A stretch of 64,000 bases of DNA. Source: Phallusia mammillata (lineage: Eukaryota). Position numbers and translations under genes: made by a program. Positions 1 through 13,000 of the stretch are shown here, piece by piece. The notes under the pieces are model-generated. The model had not been told where the DNA came from. It searched no databases and saw nothing but the letters and a program-made list of their open reading frames with translations. The stretch covers positions 23,684,001 through 23,748,000 of the forward strand of contig OZ281500.1 in assembly GCA_965637545.1 (NCBI GenBank), written 5' to 3'. The first letter of the stretch is position 1. Each line of letters starts with the position of its first letter.

Positions 1-3000
1 TATAGAATACATCATGCAGACGTTTTAACAATCGCTGTTGTCATCATCACTATATTGTTGCTGTTTATACTCTTTACCTATTTGTAAGCTCTTGTAGTCT
101 TTATTCTTTTACTACTCGAACACTTTTATTGTTATAAGATACGGAAGGTTTTGGATTCTTTTTAATGGAGTGTGGGAGTTTTCATCAGATAATTTTTTTT
201 TCAAATATCTTTTTTCTAAGCAATCTGTCTTACCCTTCAACTAGCCAGCCATCCTCCATAGTTAGATGAACATCCTCGATTCTGTCGTTGTAAGCATAGT
301 GGAAGCGCTTTGGGAGGTATTCGTACTTTAGTGCAGACTGAAACAAAAGGCCGATTGAGTTAAAACGCAGTAAAATAAAGCTTATTTAAAACCAGAAGTG
401 GTTGTTAACCTGTATGAACCCTATGGCAAACTGAACGAATGCACACAGATTAACAGTGCAAAGTAAAAAACTTGCCAAAGTATAAAGATTATGTAAAGTA
501 ACATGAGTAACTCACAAGCCAATGAGATTGGTCGTAGGTGCATCTGAGTTTATTTTGGACTTCCTCGGGGTCAAAAAGATGCCAGTTTGCGGGGTCTTTG
601 TCTTTTCCCACTCTCCCAAACGCCCCTCCTCTCACATATACGTCATCAGGATTCACCCCGTAGTCTTCAATGCTTGATTTACGATCGCACGAAAGTTGTG
701 CCATGCCTGAGTGAGTGCATTGGTAAGTTTACATATAGCGGAATTATTTCTTCAATGTGAAGTATTTCTTCAATGTTATAAAATAATTGATAAGAGTGTG
801 TAATATAGGTGTGTGATGTCATAAAAGGCTAAAGGCTGAGCACCGAGTATAAAGATAAACAAGCTAAGCATATGCACCTTGGGGCAATAAACCTGTGTAA
901 GTGCATTGGTAAGTTTAAATGAAAGAAAAATTAAAACTTTGCTAAAAAAACGAACAAGGAAGTTAAAACAATTTGTGCTGGGATTGATTAGTCGTATTCT
1001 TACAATGTAAAGACTTTCTAAATCATTCCAGTAAACAACAAACACATCACAAGTGCAACAAACCGAAAAATAAAAGTATTTTTTTTTTCAATGTTATAAA
1101 ATGTGATGAATAAGTCACCACAAATCAATATGTTTGTGTGCGATGTTATAAAAGGTTGAGCACCGAGTACGAAAGTGATATGCTAGGTCAAACATAACAT
1201 CTGCAGTTTATGGGCATCACTGAACAAGTCTATACATTTGCCAGAAACACTCTAGATGCCTTAATTTCAACAATTTAAACATATACATACCGTGATCTGC
1301 GAGGATGATAATATTAACGCAGTTATCAAGACCCCGGAATTTTAGGCCGTTCATGAGTATAGCAATCATATCATCTGCTTGCTTTAAAACTTGGTTGGTA
1401 TCGGGTGAATCTGGGCCATAATCATGACCGGCGTGGTCCACTATGTCCATGTACAAGGTGATGAACGACGGTCTAAAATTTAACAAGTTTGAATGAAAGG
1501 TTTTAAAGATTTTTTTTTGCATTTTCAGTATACAGCAGACAGTAGATAGATGGTTGATAATTGCAACTCATACTTGTGCTTGTAGGCCTACTATAACCTA
1601 CATGCAGTGGTGGGATTCAGCCAGTTCGCAACGGTTCTATAAAACCGTCTCACAAAATTATATTAGATCAACAAACCGGTTAGCATTAATGGTTACAGTC
1701 AATAGACTTTTTGTAACAGAACTGACTGAAAAACATGACTATTGTGATAGAACCGGTTGACAAAAAATTGGAATCCCACAACTGGATACATGGTTGTTAT
1801 TGAAAAATTGAAACTTTTCAATAACATTGTGCTTGTATGCGTACTAAAATACAAGAGGAAGTTTTAACTGTGTATCCAACATCCAACAAACAAAAAACTT
1901 TTGTCACCTGTCTTCTTTCGGCATATCCAGCCAATCAAAAGCCTGATACATTCTCTCCTCGTTGTCCACAGTGTCATCGAACTTATACCAATAATCGGGA
2001 TATCTTGTAATATTGACGTCAGAGCCAGGCCAGAAATAGGTGGCGCTCTTGAGGCCCTGGTTACTGGCGGTCACCCAAAACTAAAAAAAACATAGACATC
2101 GTATGAATCAGATATTTAAAACAGTTAAGATATCTATGTATAGGTTCTCTGGCAATTATGTTTTTGATCAAGTCATTTTTTAGGATTTAGCGAGCTCGTT
2201 CGAAGTTTCCCCTTGCGCAATTAATACGTCGATTCGACAAGTCATAGTTTACGAAAGGTGGAATTAGCAAACTGTGCATAAAACCACACAATGCAATCTT
2301 TCCCTGTGTTACGTCACAATGCCGTATTGTACTTACCGGTTCCCCTCCCCACCAGGCCGAGTTAAAACTTTCTGCACTCCCCAAACGAAATTCAGCCCCA
2401 AGTTCATGGTCGTACATCGTGTTGTCAATTATACCGTGGCTTTCTGGGTACAAACCCTGTAAAAAATATTGTTGTTGTAACTTTCCTAAATGTTTCACAA
2501 TATACATGTCAAGTATTTCTTTTGATACTTTGAAGTCCAAACTGGCGACTGTTTTAACCTTACAAGCAGTTCTACAAAATTAAATAGAACCATCTAGTAA
2601 TATATTGCGACCATAGATGCGATTATAACCAACGAGAAAGGTTTCAAGCACAAAAACTGAACTTAAGCAGTTATGTGATATTTGCTGTGACCATAAAATA
2701 AACACTAAACGACGAAAATATAAAACAGTTGTTTTTAAGTTTGTGCAGGACCCTAGCCATTTAAAACCAGCTAAAACAAACAAAGCGTTCGCAATCCAAT
2801 AATGGCCTATGATGAGTTAACAATCGGATTGTGCGTCACAAACGAACTGCAGGGGCAGGATGTTTGCATGCTCTTGTGCAAGCAACGTGTGGTCGAAATG
2901 GCAAAAGTCAAGCATTTAAGCAAACACTTACTGTAATGATGCTGTAATGATTTGGAAAGGTTTTCGTCGGATAAACTGATCTCATGTACGGGGCATGTAC

Positions 3001-6000
3001 ACCGCATGAAGCTGTTATAAATACAGATTACTAGTTATATGTACTGCATCAATGACAAAATAGTGGAAAATGTTTTAATTTTGGCAAGTAGCTTTAAATA
3101 CTTCGACATATAATTATGCCAAGAAAAATTGAAACCGACCTGCTAAATAGGTTACTGTAGCTGGGGCAAAAAATAAAAAAACAAGTAATAAAATATGGGG
3201 ATTTGTTAATTAGGACAAATATAGTTTCTAATTTGTTGAGTATTCAACTGTAGACAAATTATAGAAATAACGACAGTATGCGTGCTTCTTTTGAATCATG
3301 CAAACAGTTGGGTTATTATACGCAATCGCATTGTTCAAGTGTTTGCGACGAAACAATAAGCGATATTGCGTAACAGAAACTATTGTGCAATAGTTAATAT
3401 TTTTTCCGCAAGCAAACACTTTTATATTGTCCATAAGAAAAATCAAACAAATTTGTTTTAACTACTTGGCTGATGGTTTGATCTTTGATGTTAACAAAAG
3501 TGGTTTTAGTATAAACCTTATAGCTGAAAAATCTTCATATTGTTAACAATTTACCTAGTTTGTGGATATTCGGGGTAAATTCCCTGTATAGATACTCTGC
3601 TTTGAAGCCGTCTATTGAGAATAGAATAACAGGAGGGACATCAAAACTGTAAAACAAAATTATTTAAACCATTTCAGACTATTCTGGATAATTGCATGGC
3701 TACAAAACGCATATTCCGTTTAATTGCATGGAACTGTGCATTCCCAGACTATTATTTTATAAGAAAATAAAACGTGTTATTGTATATTCCGTTTTGTAAG
3801 CTTGAAATTGCAAATCATTACATTTATTTAAAGAAAGTTTAACCGAACGTCCCGGTTAAATGCCTATAAAAGCTTGGCAAATGGCTTTCTTATGCGAATA
3901 ACTCAATTTTTCAATACAATTTTTGTACCGAGAAAAAAACTATTTAAATTTCATACCCTGCCGGGCATTTCATTTCACTGGCTTGAGCACAATCTAGATC
4001 CAACCACGGAGGCATATCTACAAAAAAATTAATGTGCAGTAAAAATTTGTGATGTATGGTGAACATATTCTCTCGAATAAGACGTTTAAACATTAGTGTA
4101 TTGGCAGAAAAGCAATTGATTGCTGGTACAACTGGGGATTTACATTTCAAATTAATTTACCAGAACTACCTCACCCATTGGACCTAATAAAGGTATTTAA
4201 AAAATGCCATTATTTAAATTAATTCTGCCAAATATCCTGCTTTTTTGGAGTAACAGTTGGTTATAAAAAGAGTCATTTCCAAGTTAGCGTTTATACTTAG
4301 GCAAGTTTCCTCATAATCCGAACAACAGTTCCCAGCTTGAACACACGCATCCGTGCAGTCGCATCTTGTCCTTGTGACGTTGCATTGTCCCTTGCACAAA
4401 TATTTCTCCTCTAAAAACATTCAAATTGTTTGATAAACAGACACGACAGAATTTTCCAGAATTTAGACTAGGTTTTCTGGTCAAAGGGGCTAACAGCACC
4501 GCCATTTTTTCATAACACATCTTTTTTTGTAATTGCTACATAGACGTTAATTTGCGACAAAAAAAATTCTGTTGGGGTACTGTAGTATAATGGCTTGCAA
4601 GTTTTCCTACTATATATACCTTTTTATGTTAACAACGCTTATCAACACCTAAAGTCCAGTGCTCCGTTATATACACTTGAGTATTTTACTGATGTTTTAA
4701 TTGCATAACTTACCATTTATTTGACACAATTCTAATTACTTTGCAAATACCGTAGGCCTACCCCATATATTGCTTTCATAAATATAACGTTTTCATCAAC
4801 TAATATCTAAACTGATTAAGTTACGGAGTTTGTTATGTGTCAAAACTAGGCTAATAATTTCACACAAACAAACCCAGATCACACAAGTCGGCGTAATCGT
4901 CACAGCAGTTGTTGAACTTGGTGCATCCTGAATCACAATAACATGAAGCTTCTTCAGGTTTGCTGGTTTCATCACATCTGTTCTCACATGTTGCTGCATA
5001 ATAGCGAAATATTATTGAATTTAAATCAATAATAAATTAAGCACTAAAAATGAAGATAGAATTGACAAGAAAAATACATTAGATCTTAAACCAATACACC
5101 ACTTACTATTGTAAGTTCTGTATTGTTTGTTAGTTTTTGGAGAGACCCTTATCTAAAGCAGCGGTTCTCAAACTGGGGTCCGCGGTCCTTTGGGGGTCCG
5201 TGAGGCAATTTTGGGGACCGCGAATAGGTTGAAGTACTTCTATAATCTTATTTGGCGTCAGTTTGTGCCACTAAATAAGTTTATTAAAACAAAGTAGAAT
5301 TGAGAAACGACTGTCTCCATTGCTGAAGAATAGCCTTTATTGCATGACAACTTAGAAAAATGCAATTGTTCGCGCACAATAGCAATGTTTTTTTGTCGTG
5401 TCTGTGATGTCACAGCTGTCTTTGGATCATTGTTATGCGCAATTTGGCATGACTAGCTAAAATTGTGCTAATCAACTTTCGTTTTTCTAAAATATACATT
5501 CAGGTTGAAGGAACACGAGCCCTCGAAATAATGGCAAAGGGACCGTTTTAAAAAAATTATGAAAAGTTTGAGAACCAAGGTTTTATCCAAAACTGTATTA
5601 ATACACACGACCTAAAATGATACAATTTAATCTGATTTAAAAATAACTGCATGTACTTACATATAACAACGCACATTTGGGAGAAATCAGCGCAGCAGTT
5701 GTTGAAATCAGAACATTGCGAGTCGCAGTAACAGTTTCCGAAACCATCATGTTGTTCATTGCATCTTGCTAAACACGAATCTGTTGAAAAAACAATCGGA
5801 AATTCCACTGTTATTATTTGCCCCGGTGGCGTCACTATGTATTCTATGACGTCATATAGAGACCTGGTGTCAGACAGTTGGCATTGTAGTCGTCACAACA
5901 GTTGCCGTATTGCCTGCATTGGTCGTTGCACTGACAGTCGTCATTCGGGTTGTATGAAGCGTCGCATCTTCCTACGCAGGATAAGCCGGTTCCTGGGTCT

Positions 6001-8556
6001 GTTTCTGATGAGCACAAAGAATTTGGAATTTTGTGGAAAACATTGCATTAGTAGAATAAAAGAAAAGAAACAATTTTAGCAATAAACAACTAATAAAAGA
6101 AACATATTAGCACGTTTTCTAGCCTGGACCAAAATAGATGGTTTTTCATAGTTATTCGGCTCTTTATTTCGACAAATCATAGTTAAGAAATGATGAAGCG
6201 TACAATACATCTGTAAAAGACAATAAAATTTTAATCTTCTTTGTGCAAAAATTTTTTTGACAAAACACAGTATTAGAAATTTTTGAAACATTTTAGTCAA
6301 TGGCTGAAAGACATTTTCAGTTCACATTGAATAAGACTTCTTTTAGTTTTTAGGTTTTACCGTTGCCACATTGTTCGGTGTGATCGTCACAACAGTTATT
6401 TGATGACGAACAAGTTCCGCCACAGTAGCAACTTGCTCCAGGCGGGAGTGACGTTTCGTTGCAGCGATTCAGACACGTTTCTAGAAAAAGGTATTTAACA
6501 CGATGTTGTAAAACGGTATTTAGATATGATTTTAGTACTTTTTAATACTTAAACCAGGGGTGTGCAACCTTTGTTACTGTGGGGCCAAATACAGTTGCCA
6601 AAATTAGCTCGTGGGCCGCACATGTGTACAACACAAGGTGATTTTACTTCGTTGCTTACCAAATATGCTTAACTACAAGTAAAATTCGCATGTGATTCTA
6701 GTGCGCATTTATCTATTCAAAAATATATAATAGTTGGACGCGTTTGCCAGTACATTTGAATCCTAGCCTCTCTGTGGGCCGGACATCTTTAAACCAAGGG
6801 TCGCATTTGGCCCGCTAGCTGCAGGTTGCACACCCCTGGTTTAAACAGTTGAAAGTCTGAGTACAGCCTTTTATGACGGTGGTGCTTAAAAAATTCGTAA
6901 ATGTTTTGACTTCCCTGTAATATTTTCAAAATTTCAAATCGAAACAGGTAGCTCCCCACTGTTACGTATAACAATCGATTGGTTCTATAGACGCGATTAT
7001 AAACGAAGCAAAAGAATTAAACTTTAAAACCAAAAAAGGAAGTTCCATGACGTGGCCTAAACTAGTAAAGACCTAGCGAAACCATTTCATCAGACAAACT
7101 TAGGCCCTCCTCGGGATTTGAACCCGTGGCGTTTCGATGTTGGCACCACTAATAAACTTACGCGAGTCAATGCAGACTTGTTGATGATCTGTGCAACAGG
7201 TCGCGTTGTTACGGCAAGTGTCGTCACAATGACAAGGATTCGATTCGTTCCGTTTCGCCCAGCACCGGTTTAAACAGGAATCTAAATTTATGAGCAAGAG
7301 ACGCAACGTGATTGGACGAAAAAGTGGGCGTGTCTGAATTTTTCGCAAACACTTGTGTTTGAGAACATACAGTGCTGAAAGGCAATTAGCAACAATTGTT
7401 TCAATATTTTGTAAACGCCATTCCGACCATAATGACTTTTTAGGTGTCCTTGTTGTTTGAAAACTGAACATGTCGCTTCAGTTATATACATAAAAACTGT
7501 CAATCTCCTTTGCTAGTTAACTATTTGTGAAACTTCAACAAAATGAGTATCTTTTTGGATTTTCAAGGACTTTATTGTAAAATTAACCTCAATGATTTTT
7601 TTAAATACCAGTAGTACTTTAAAGATGTGTGTCCTTGTAGACAAAAACGGTTTGCTGCCTAAAGAACACTACTGTAAAGATTTTTATAAGCTGCAATCCT
7701 TACCAAAACTCGCACAAAGTGGAATATAATCATCACAGCAGTTTTCATAAATCCCACATTGAGCATTGCACTGGCAGAAATTGTTAGAGTCGTAACTTTC
7801 ATAACATCGATCTTGGCAGGACGGAGAGTCTGTAGCTTTTGTATCTAAATAAATACAGGCAGTTTTAGTTAATGTTGCTTTGAGTTAAATTAAAGGTTTT
7901 TGTTGACTTACCAAAGTTTAAAATCCGAACACCATTTGCAACAGCAAAGGAAGCAAGTAATACAAAAGCAATCTGTAAAATATATAGAAGTTTACCAATC
8001 GAAATAATATTTCTCATTAATGGATAAAAATGTATAAAAATGTAATCAGAAAAAAAACATTGAAAGTTGAAAAAAAGCTACCAGTCAATTCTAAGTGATA
8101 AAAAGTATTTTGCTTTTCGACATTTTGGTTTCCTATAGAATATATGAGTACTTAAAGCAAGTACTCACAACAAACGAGCACCGAAAATACCAAGAGTTTG
8201 AACGCCCGAACGATTTACTACTTTGGAATTTAGCGAATTTCGTGTGCAAACAACAACCGCATTCCAAATGAACAATAGGCTTGTTTGTGATTTAACACTA
8301 GTTACAACAATAGGTGAATGATAACAATTTAATTGTCAGTACTATAACAATGAAATACAAACAAAACAATCAAAATGGTCGCCAAACTTTACACAAAAAC
8401 TTTAAATTTTGTTTTAAGTTTGAAGATATCCTGTAACATGATATTTGGTGCCAAACGCAGTTTATTTACGTTCAAATAATAAACTAAACAAACGACCACA
8501 CGCATATCAAAAATCCAGTAAAACATAAAATTGGGACTTACCTTAGTGAGCAACAT
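1..8556 (-). CDS. ENPP-A: ectonucleotide pyrophosphatase/phosphodiesterase (ENPP1/3-like) with signal peptide and 7 SMB domains; 3' part lies beyond the window start
   Basis: Hand-spliced GT-AG exons: 8542-8556 (MLLTK); 7912-7972 ([20 protein letters not shown]); SMB exons 7704-7844, 7162-7281, 6361-6480, 5864-6004, 5661-5780, 4874-4993, 4297-4410; then 3957-4017, ~3556-3647 ([14 protein letters not shown]), ~2931-3010 ([15 protein letters not shown], catalytic Thr), ~2336-2455 ([16 protein letters not shown]), ~1908-2080 (FWPGSDV), ~1290-1473 (VDHAGH...LADHG), ~510-706, ~236-339 ([14 protein letters not shown]). These motifs are diagnostic of the NPP family. Confidence 0.93.
6555..6838. mobile_element. 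hAT-type MITE
   Basis: TIR CAGGGGTGTGCAACCT, TSD ACTTAAAC/GTTTAAAC (6/8). Confidence 0.75.
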
Positions 8557-10070
8557 AGCAGAACCTTTAGCAAACCAATTCCAAAACCTCCTTATTACAG
8601 CAGCAACTGACCTGTTTGTCTGGTAATGCAACCCAGTTAACGGGCGTTTTACGCTAATCATTAACTAGTGACGCAAACTAAGCAGTGTGTTTGTTGCAGG
8701 AACAAAAAGAAAAATGGCGATTTTTTGATTAAACAGTTGTGTCTTTTTGCGATTATTTAAAACAACGGTTCTTGAACGTCTTTTAAAACAAACTAGCCTA
8801 TACTTGAATGTACTCGTAAAGCTGGCTTGCTGACGCCAAAACAACATTAACATGAAACCCACCATACAAAAAATCTACAACACAAAAAGTTGAACTAAAA
8901 CTTTCAAGGTCTAGATCAGAAGTCTAACTGTGGAGTTGTTTTTGTTTTTAGTACGTAAATTCATGTCACTTTTGTAACTCCTGTTAACATATTAAATTTA
9001 ATTCGTGAAAAGAAACAAAGCTATAATTCTAAAGTCTCAATACGGGAGTAAATGGGGTTAATTTCTCGTCTATTTGGGTAATAAGTTTAAAATGGGGGTT
9101 GGTAACTTTTAAAGAATCGGACAATGTTGAAACAATAATGAATCTCTAAATAAAGTGACAACTTTTTATACCAATGGTGGCCCTGCACAAATTTAAAAAA
9201 CCGTTACAATACTTTTAAGGATGTAATCAATGTGTCAAAGCTTGAGATTGTAAGCTTGTAAATCGCAATGTAATTTGTACACAATGTAATTCAATCAACA
9301 GTCACAAATATCGCAAACACTTCAACAATAATACGTCGTTAGTGCCCGGGTATTTCCGTATCCAGCCTTCAATGGTAAATATTAACGCAAGCATTTCGAA
9401 CGAGAAAAAAGGTTTGTGGTTTTTCACAAACAATGCATTAAGACATGAATCAATGGTTATCGAACACTGTTGTTGTGACAAAACAATCGCGAGAAATTAT
9501 CGAAAGCGTGTAACAATGAACACTCGTGTAATGAACTTGCATAATGTAACAATTAACAAAACAAAACATGCTTTTCCTCTAATTTCGTCAACTTAGCTAG
9601 TTTTTAGTTGAAAAGTTTGAGATGTAAGATACGACAAGATATATAGTTGATTAAAAAATACCTGTGTAAATAAATGACATAATTGTTGTGTCACATAGTG
9701 GTAACAATGATCAACTAAATTGCACGAGCTGAGCGAGGACGTTTTTGGTGGGTCATTAAAGCAATAGTAATGACATAAAGGCAGTGGTGGGATTCAGTCG
9801 GTTCGCATCGGTTCTAAACCGTCTCACGAAATTTTATAAACCGGTTAGCATTACTGGTTACTGTCAATGGATTATTTGTAACAAAACCGGCTGAAAAACA
9901 TGGCTTTTGTGATAGAACCGGTTGACAAAAAAATTGAATTCCACCACTGCACAAAAGGGTTTTAAACAAACCAGTAGAATCTAAATTTCGGCAAACAATT
10001 TTAAACAAAGTAACCCAATTCTGGAAACAATCAAACTTTACAGGAACATAATTGTTAAGTGTAAAAGGCT

Positions 10071-13000
10071 TTACATCAAACTGACGATGCTGGCAAAAAC
10101 TGAAACGACAAATGCAAATAAAGTAGATTTCAACTGTGTGGACATATTTTTTGATATTTTAACAAAATCGACGAGTAACTTATCAGTAAACTGGGGAAGT
10201 CGATTCTTAAGCCGGACCGAAGCAGTAGCTGTGTTTTGGTCAGCCAAAGGTCCGGTTGTCCAGTCTTCGAAAAAATTTATGTCGGTTATGAGTTCTACGT
10301 CACGAACGCGCGCGACGTGTTCGATAACTGTTTGTGAAATCCAAACTTCGTCGGGTTCGTCGCCCTGAAAAAGTAACAACAAAAATTTTTACATCTGATT
10401 ACGAATTATCAAGGAAAATAGCAAACAAATTTTATTACTTTATTAAATATATTTAAATTTGTTTTTGATTTTGGCCCAAAAAAATGGCAGTGGTTGTGTA
10501 ATAATTAATGCTTTTGCACTGCTGAAGACAGCAGCGGCTGTAAGACATTTTGCCAAGTATGTATTCATTATATATAAGCTCTATGGCACTTCTGACTTTG
10601 TCTTGTGTCTCTGTTTATTTTATCAATAATGAAATTCATGATTAAAAATTTACAGTTGAATAAAAAAAAAACGGGCATATAACCCCCTAAGTTAGTCCTC
10701 AGTATTAAAAATACTAAGTGTGTTAAAATTGAACATTTAATCACGATTAAACTTCAGCAAGGACCTTATTACAACAAAAAAGCACAGAACAACAACAACA
10801 ACAAAAGTTACATTGAAACATTTCAACTGCAATATGACTACGTATCAATACTGTACTGCTCTGTTAAATTTTAATTTCAGCGATCATTATTTTGGCTTAA
10901 AAAATTTTGGCTAAAAAATTCTTACCGCATAACAAGGTTTGTCTTTGAAATTTGGAATAATGAAACTCAAAACTTCCACGTCATCGGGTGATGACGTACA
11001 ATTCGCAATACTCATCCCTGAATGCGAACAATATGCAACTATGATGTAATAATGGGTCGGCATAGGGATCCCAGGTGCAGCATCAATTACATCACTGAAA
11101 GTAAAAATGTAAATCAAGACATTAAAATTTAGTCCGATAATTCATTTTAACTAACCATGGTAACCGAAAACAGGCCAACAAGTCGTAATCGTCCGAAATT
11201 CCGTTGTGGTCGTAGTCAAATGCAGGTCCAAGCATTACTAGCGTTTCCCCGTGAAAATACGACCAATTTCCCACCGTTTCCATCATATAGTTCCAAACTA
11301 AAGTAAAACACAAGCTGCATACAGTGCACACTGTTTCGACCTAAGGATGAGACCTTATAGGTCGAAACAGTGTGCACAGTCTGCAGCTTATTATTTATTG
11401 GCTCTGTACTTTTACAAAGTAAAACACATTTTTTTTAATACTCTAAATATGGAAACATGTTCCCATGGAAACAGAATCAGTCGATAATGCTTAAGAATAT
11501 AAATACTTCGCCGATTGTCATCGTCAGTTTCTTATTCAAATAGAATCAGTGATCGTCGATAAGTATGCTGCCTGTCAGAGGGTTATATACCGCTCAATCG
11601 ACCGACTCGAACATTTTTTAAATATTTTATCTTTTAATTTTTTTTCTGATCATTTTTTTTCTGTATATAACTTAGTAAGAGGACCATTCGGTCTGATTTA
11701 AAAACTGATTTAATAAAGGTTAAAGAAAAAAATCTTTTAATTTTGAAAGTGTTTGTTAGGTTTAGAATCGTAAGCGCACCCGAAATTCGAGCCCGAACCC
11801 GAATCGTTTCGGATAAACCCGTTTAGGCCCGAAAGTTTGATTGACAAGTCTATAACAAAAAAGACATGCACAACAATCGCACGCAATGGCTCAAGCAAGA
11901 CGTTTTAGGGCTGTGCGGCAGCATCAGGTTAAGTTCAGCAACTTAGCTCGGTAATTTAAATTTAAAAAAATTACGAACACAGAACGTGAAGTCATTCCCG
12001 CCTTAAGCCCATTTGTTACAAAAATCAAAACCTGAACCTGCCCCGAAAAGGCTGGCCCGACTTACAACTATGGTGCGGCTTTATGCAACACGGCTAACGG
12101 AATATCTAAACATTTGCTCGATTGCCGTTCACAATTGGACGGCCTTCTGTCACCTTGGGAAGAACGCCGAGCCTAATAAACTTACTTTTTACGGAATTCT
12201 TATAAATCGGAACTCGGTTGGTAGAAATGGACGCGTCGTTTTGTTCGGTCCCGGAAGTGAATCCTGTTACGGAATAAATTTGAGGAAAAGATATCATTAC
12301 TTTATAATAAATGGGTGTGTAGACCCCAAGGGCTCCGCGAGGTTGGCTATGGGGGGAGGCAGAAAAAAGGTACAGGATTACAGGATTACAAAACAAGCCT
12401 GAGTTGGATCACTAAAATATCATCTTTTCTGTTGTCAATTACTAAACAAATAATTAAATTTACCTAGAGTTTTCGGTTAAGCAAAAACACATTTGATTTA
12501 CTTGTTTTAACTTGTTATTGCACACCCATATGCACTGCATAACCTCTTTTTCATTTTAAAAATATTATTATTAGGATTTTACCGAAAACGCTTCGGGCAA
12601 AATTTAAGCATAGCGCAGTTATGCAATTTAAAAGAGGTCCATTACATAACGGTTGGAATTGGAAATCACTACAGTATACATATATGTCAGATGATACTGC
12701 TTCATTGCAAGGTCACTGTGAAGATTAAACTTACCAGGTTGGTACAAATACGTGGTAGTTGCAACGTTTTGGAAGTTTTTCGAAATTACAAACTCATCGT
12801 GATATCTCGGGTCGCAGCGGTCACAGACTTCGGATACCTCAAGGCCAGGCTAAAGCAAAACAAGCAAAATTGGAAGGTTTTGATTCTAAGGGCAGTGTCA
12901 CGTATATAGTATAGTTTTTGTGTACCTTCGACCTATTTAATACGAAGCTGGTAAAAAGCGGCATTTGTGGTGGAGTTTCCAACATAGTGACGTAGTTTTG

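Noticed and set aside
1-50. Match to 56335-56382 as a shared ENPP exon
   Set aside because: Stops in all minus-strand frames and non-homologous intron positions indicate a dispersed repeat fragment.
700-1190. Local duplicated segments in an ENPP-A intron
   Set aside because: Short degenerate intronic duplications with no coding or structural signal.
7040-7100. CTGATGA (minus strand) as a hammerhead core
   Set aside because: No stem II followed by GAAA in the right position.
12585-12672. Candidate nuclease-domain exon of ENPP-B
   Set aside because: It has an in-frame stop and the wrong length. The true homologue ([13 protein letters not shown]) is at ~12188-12265.
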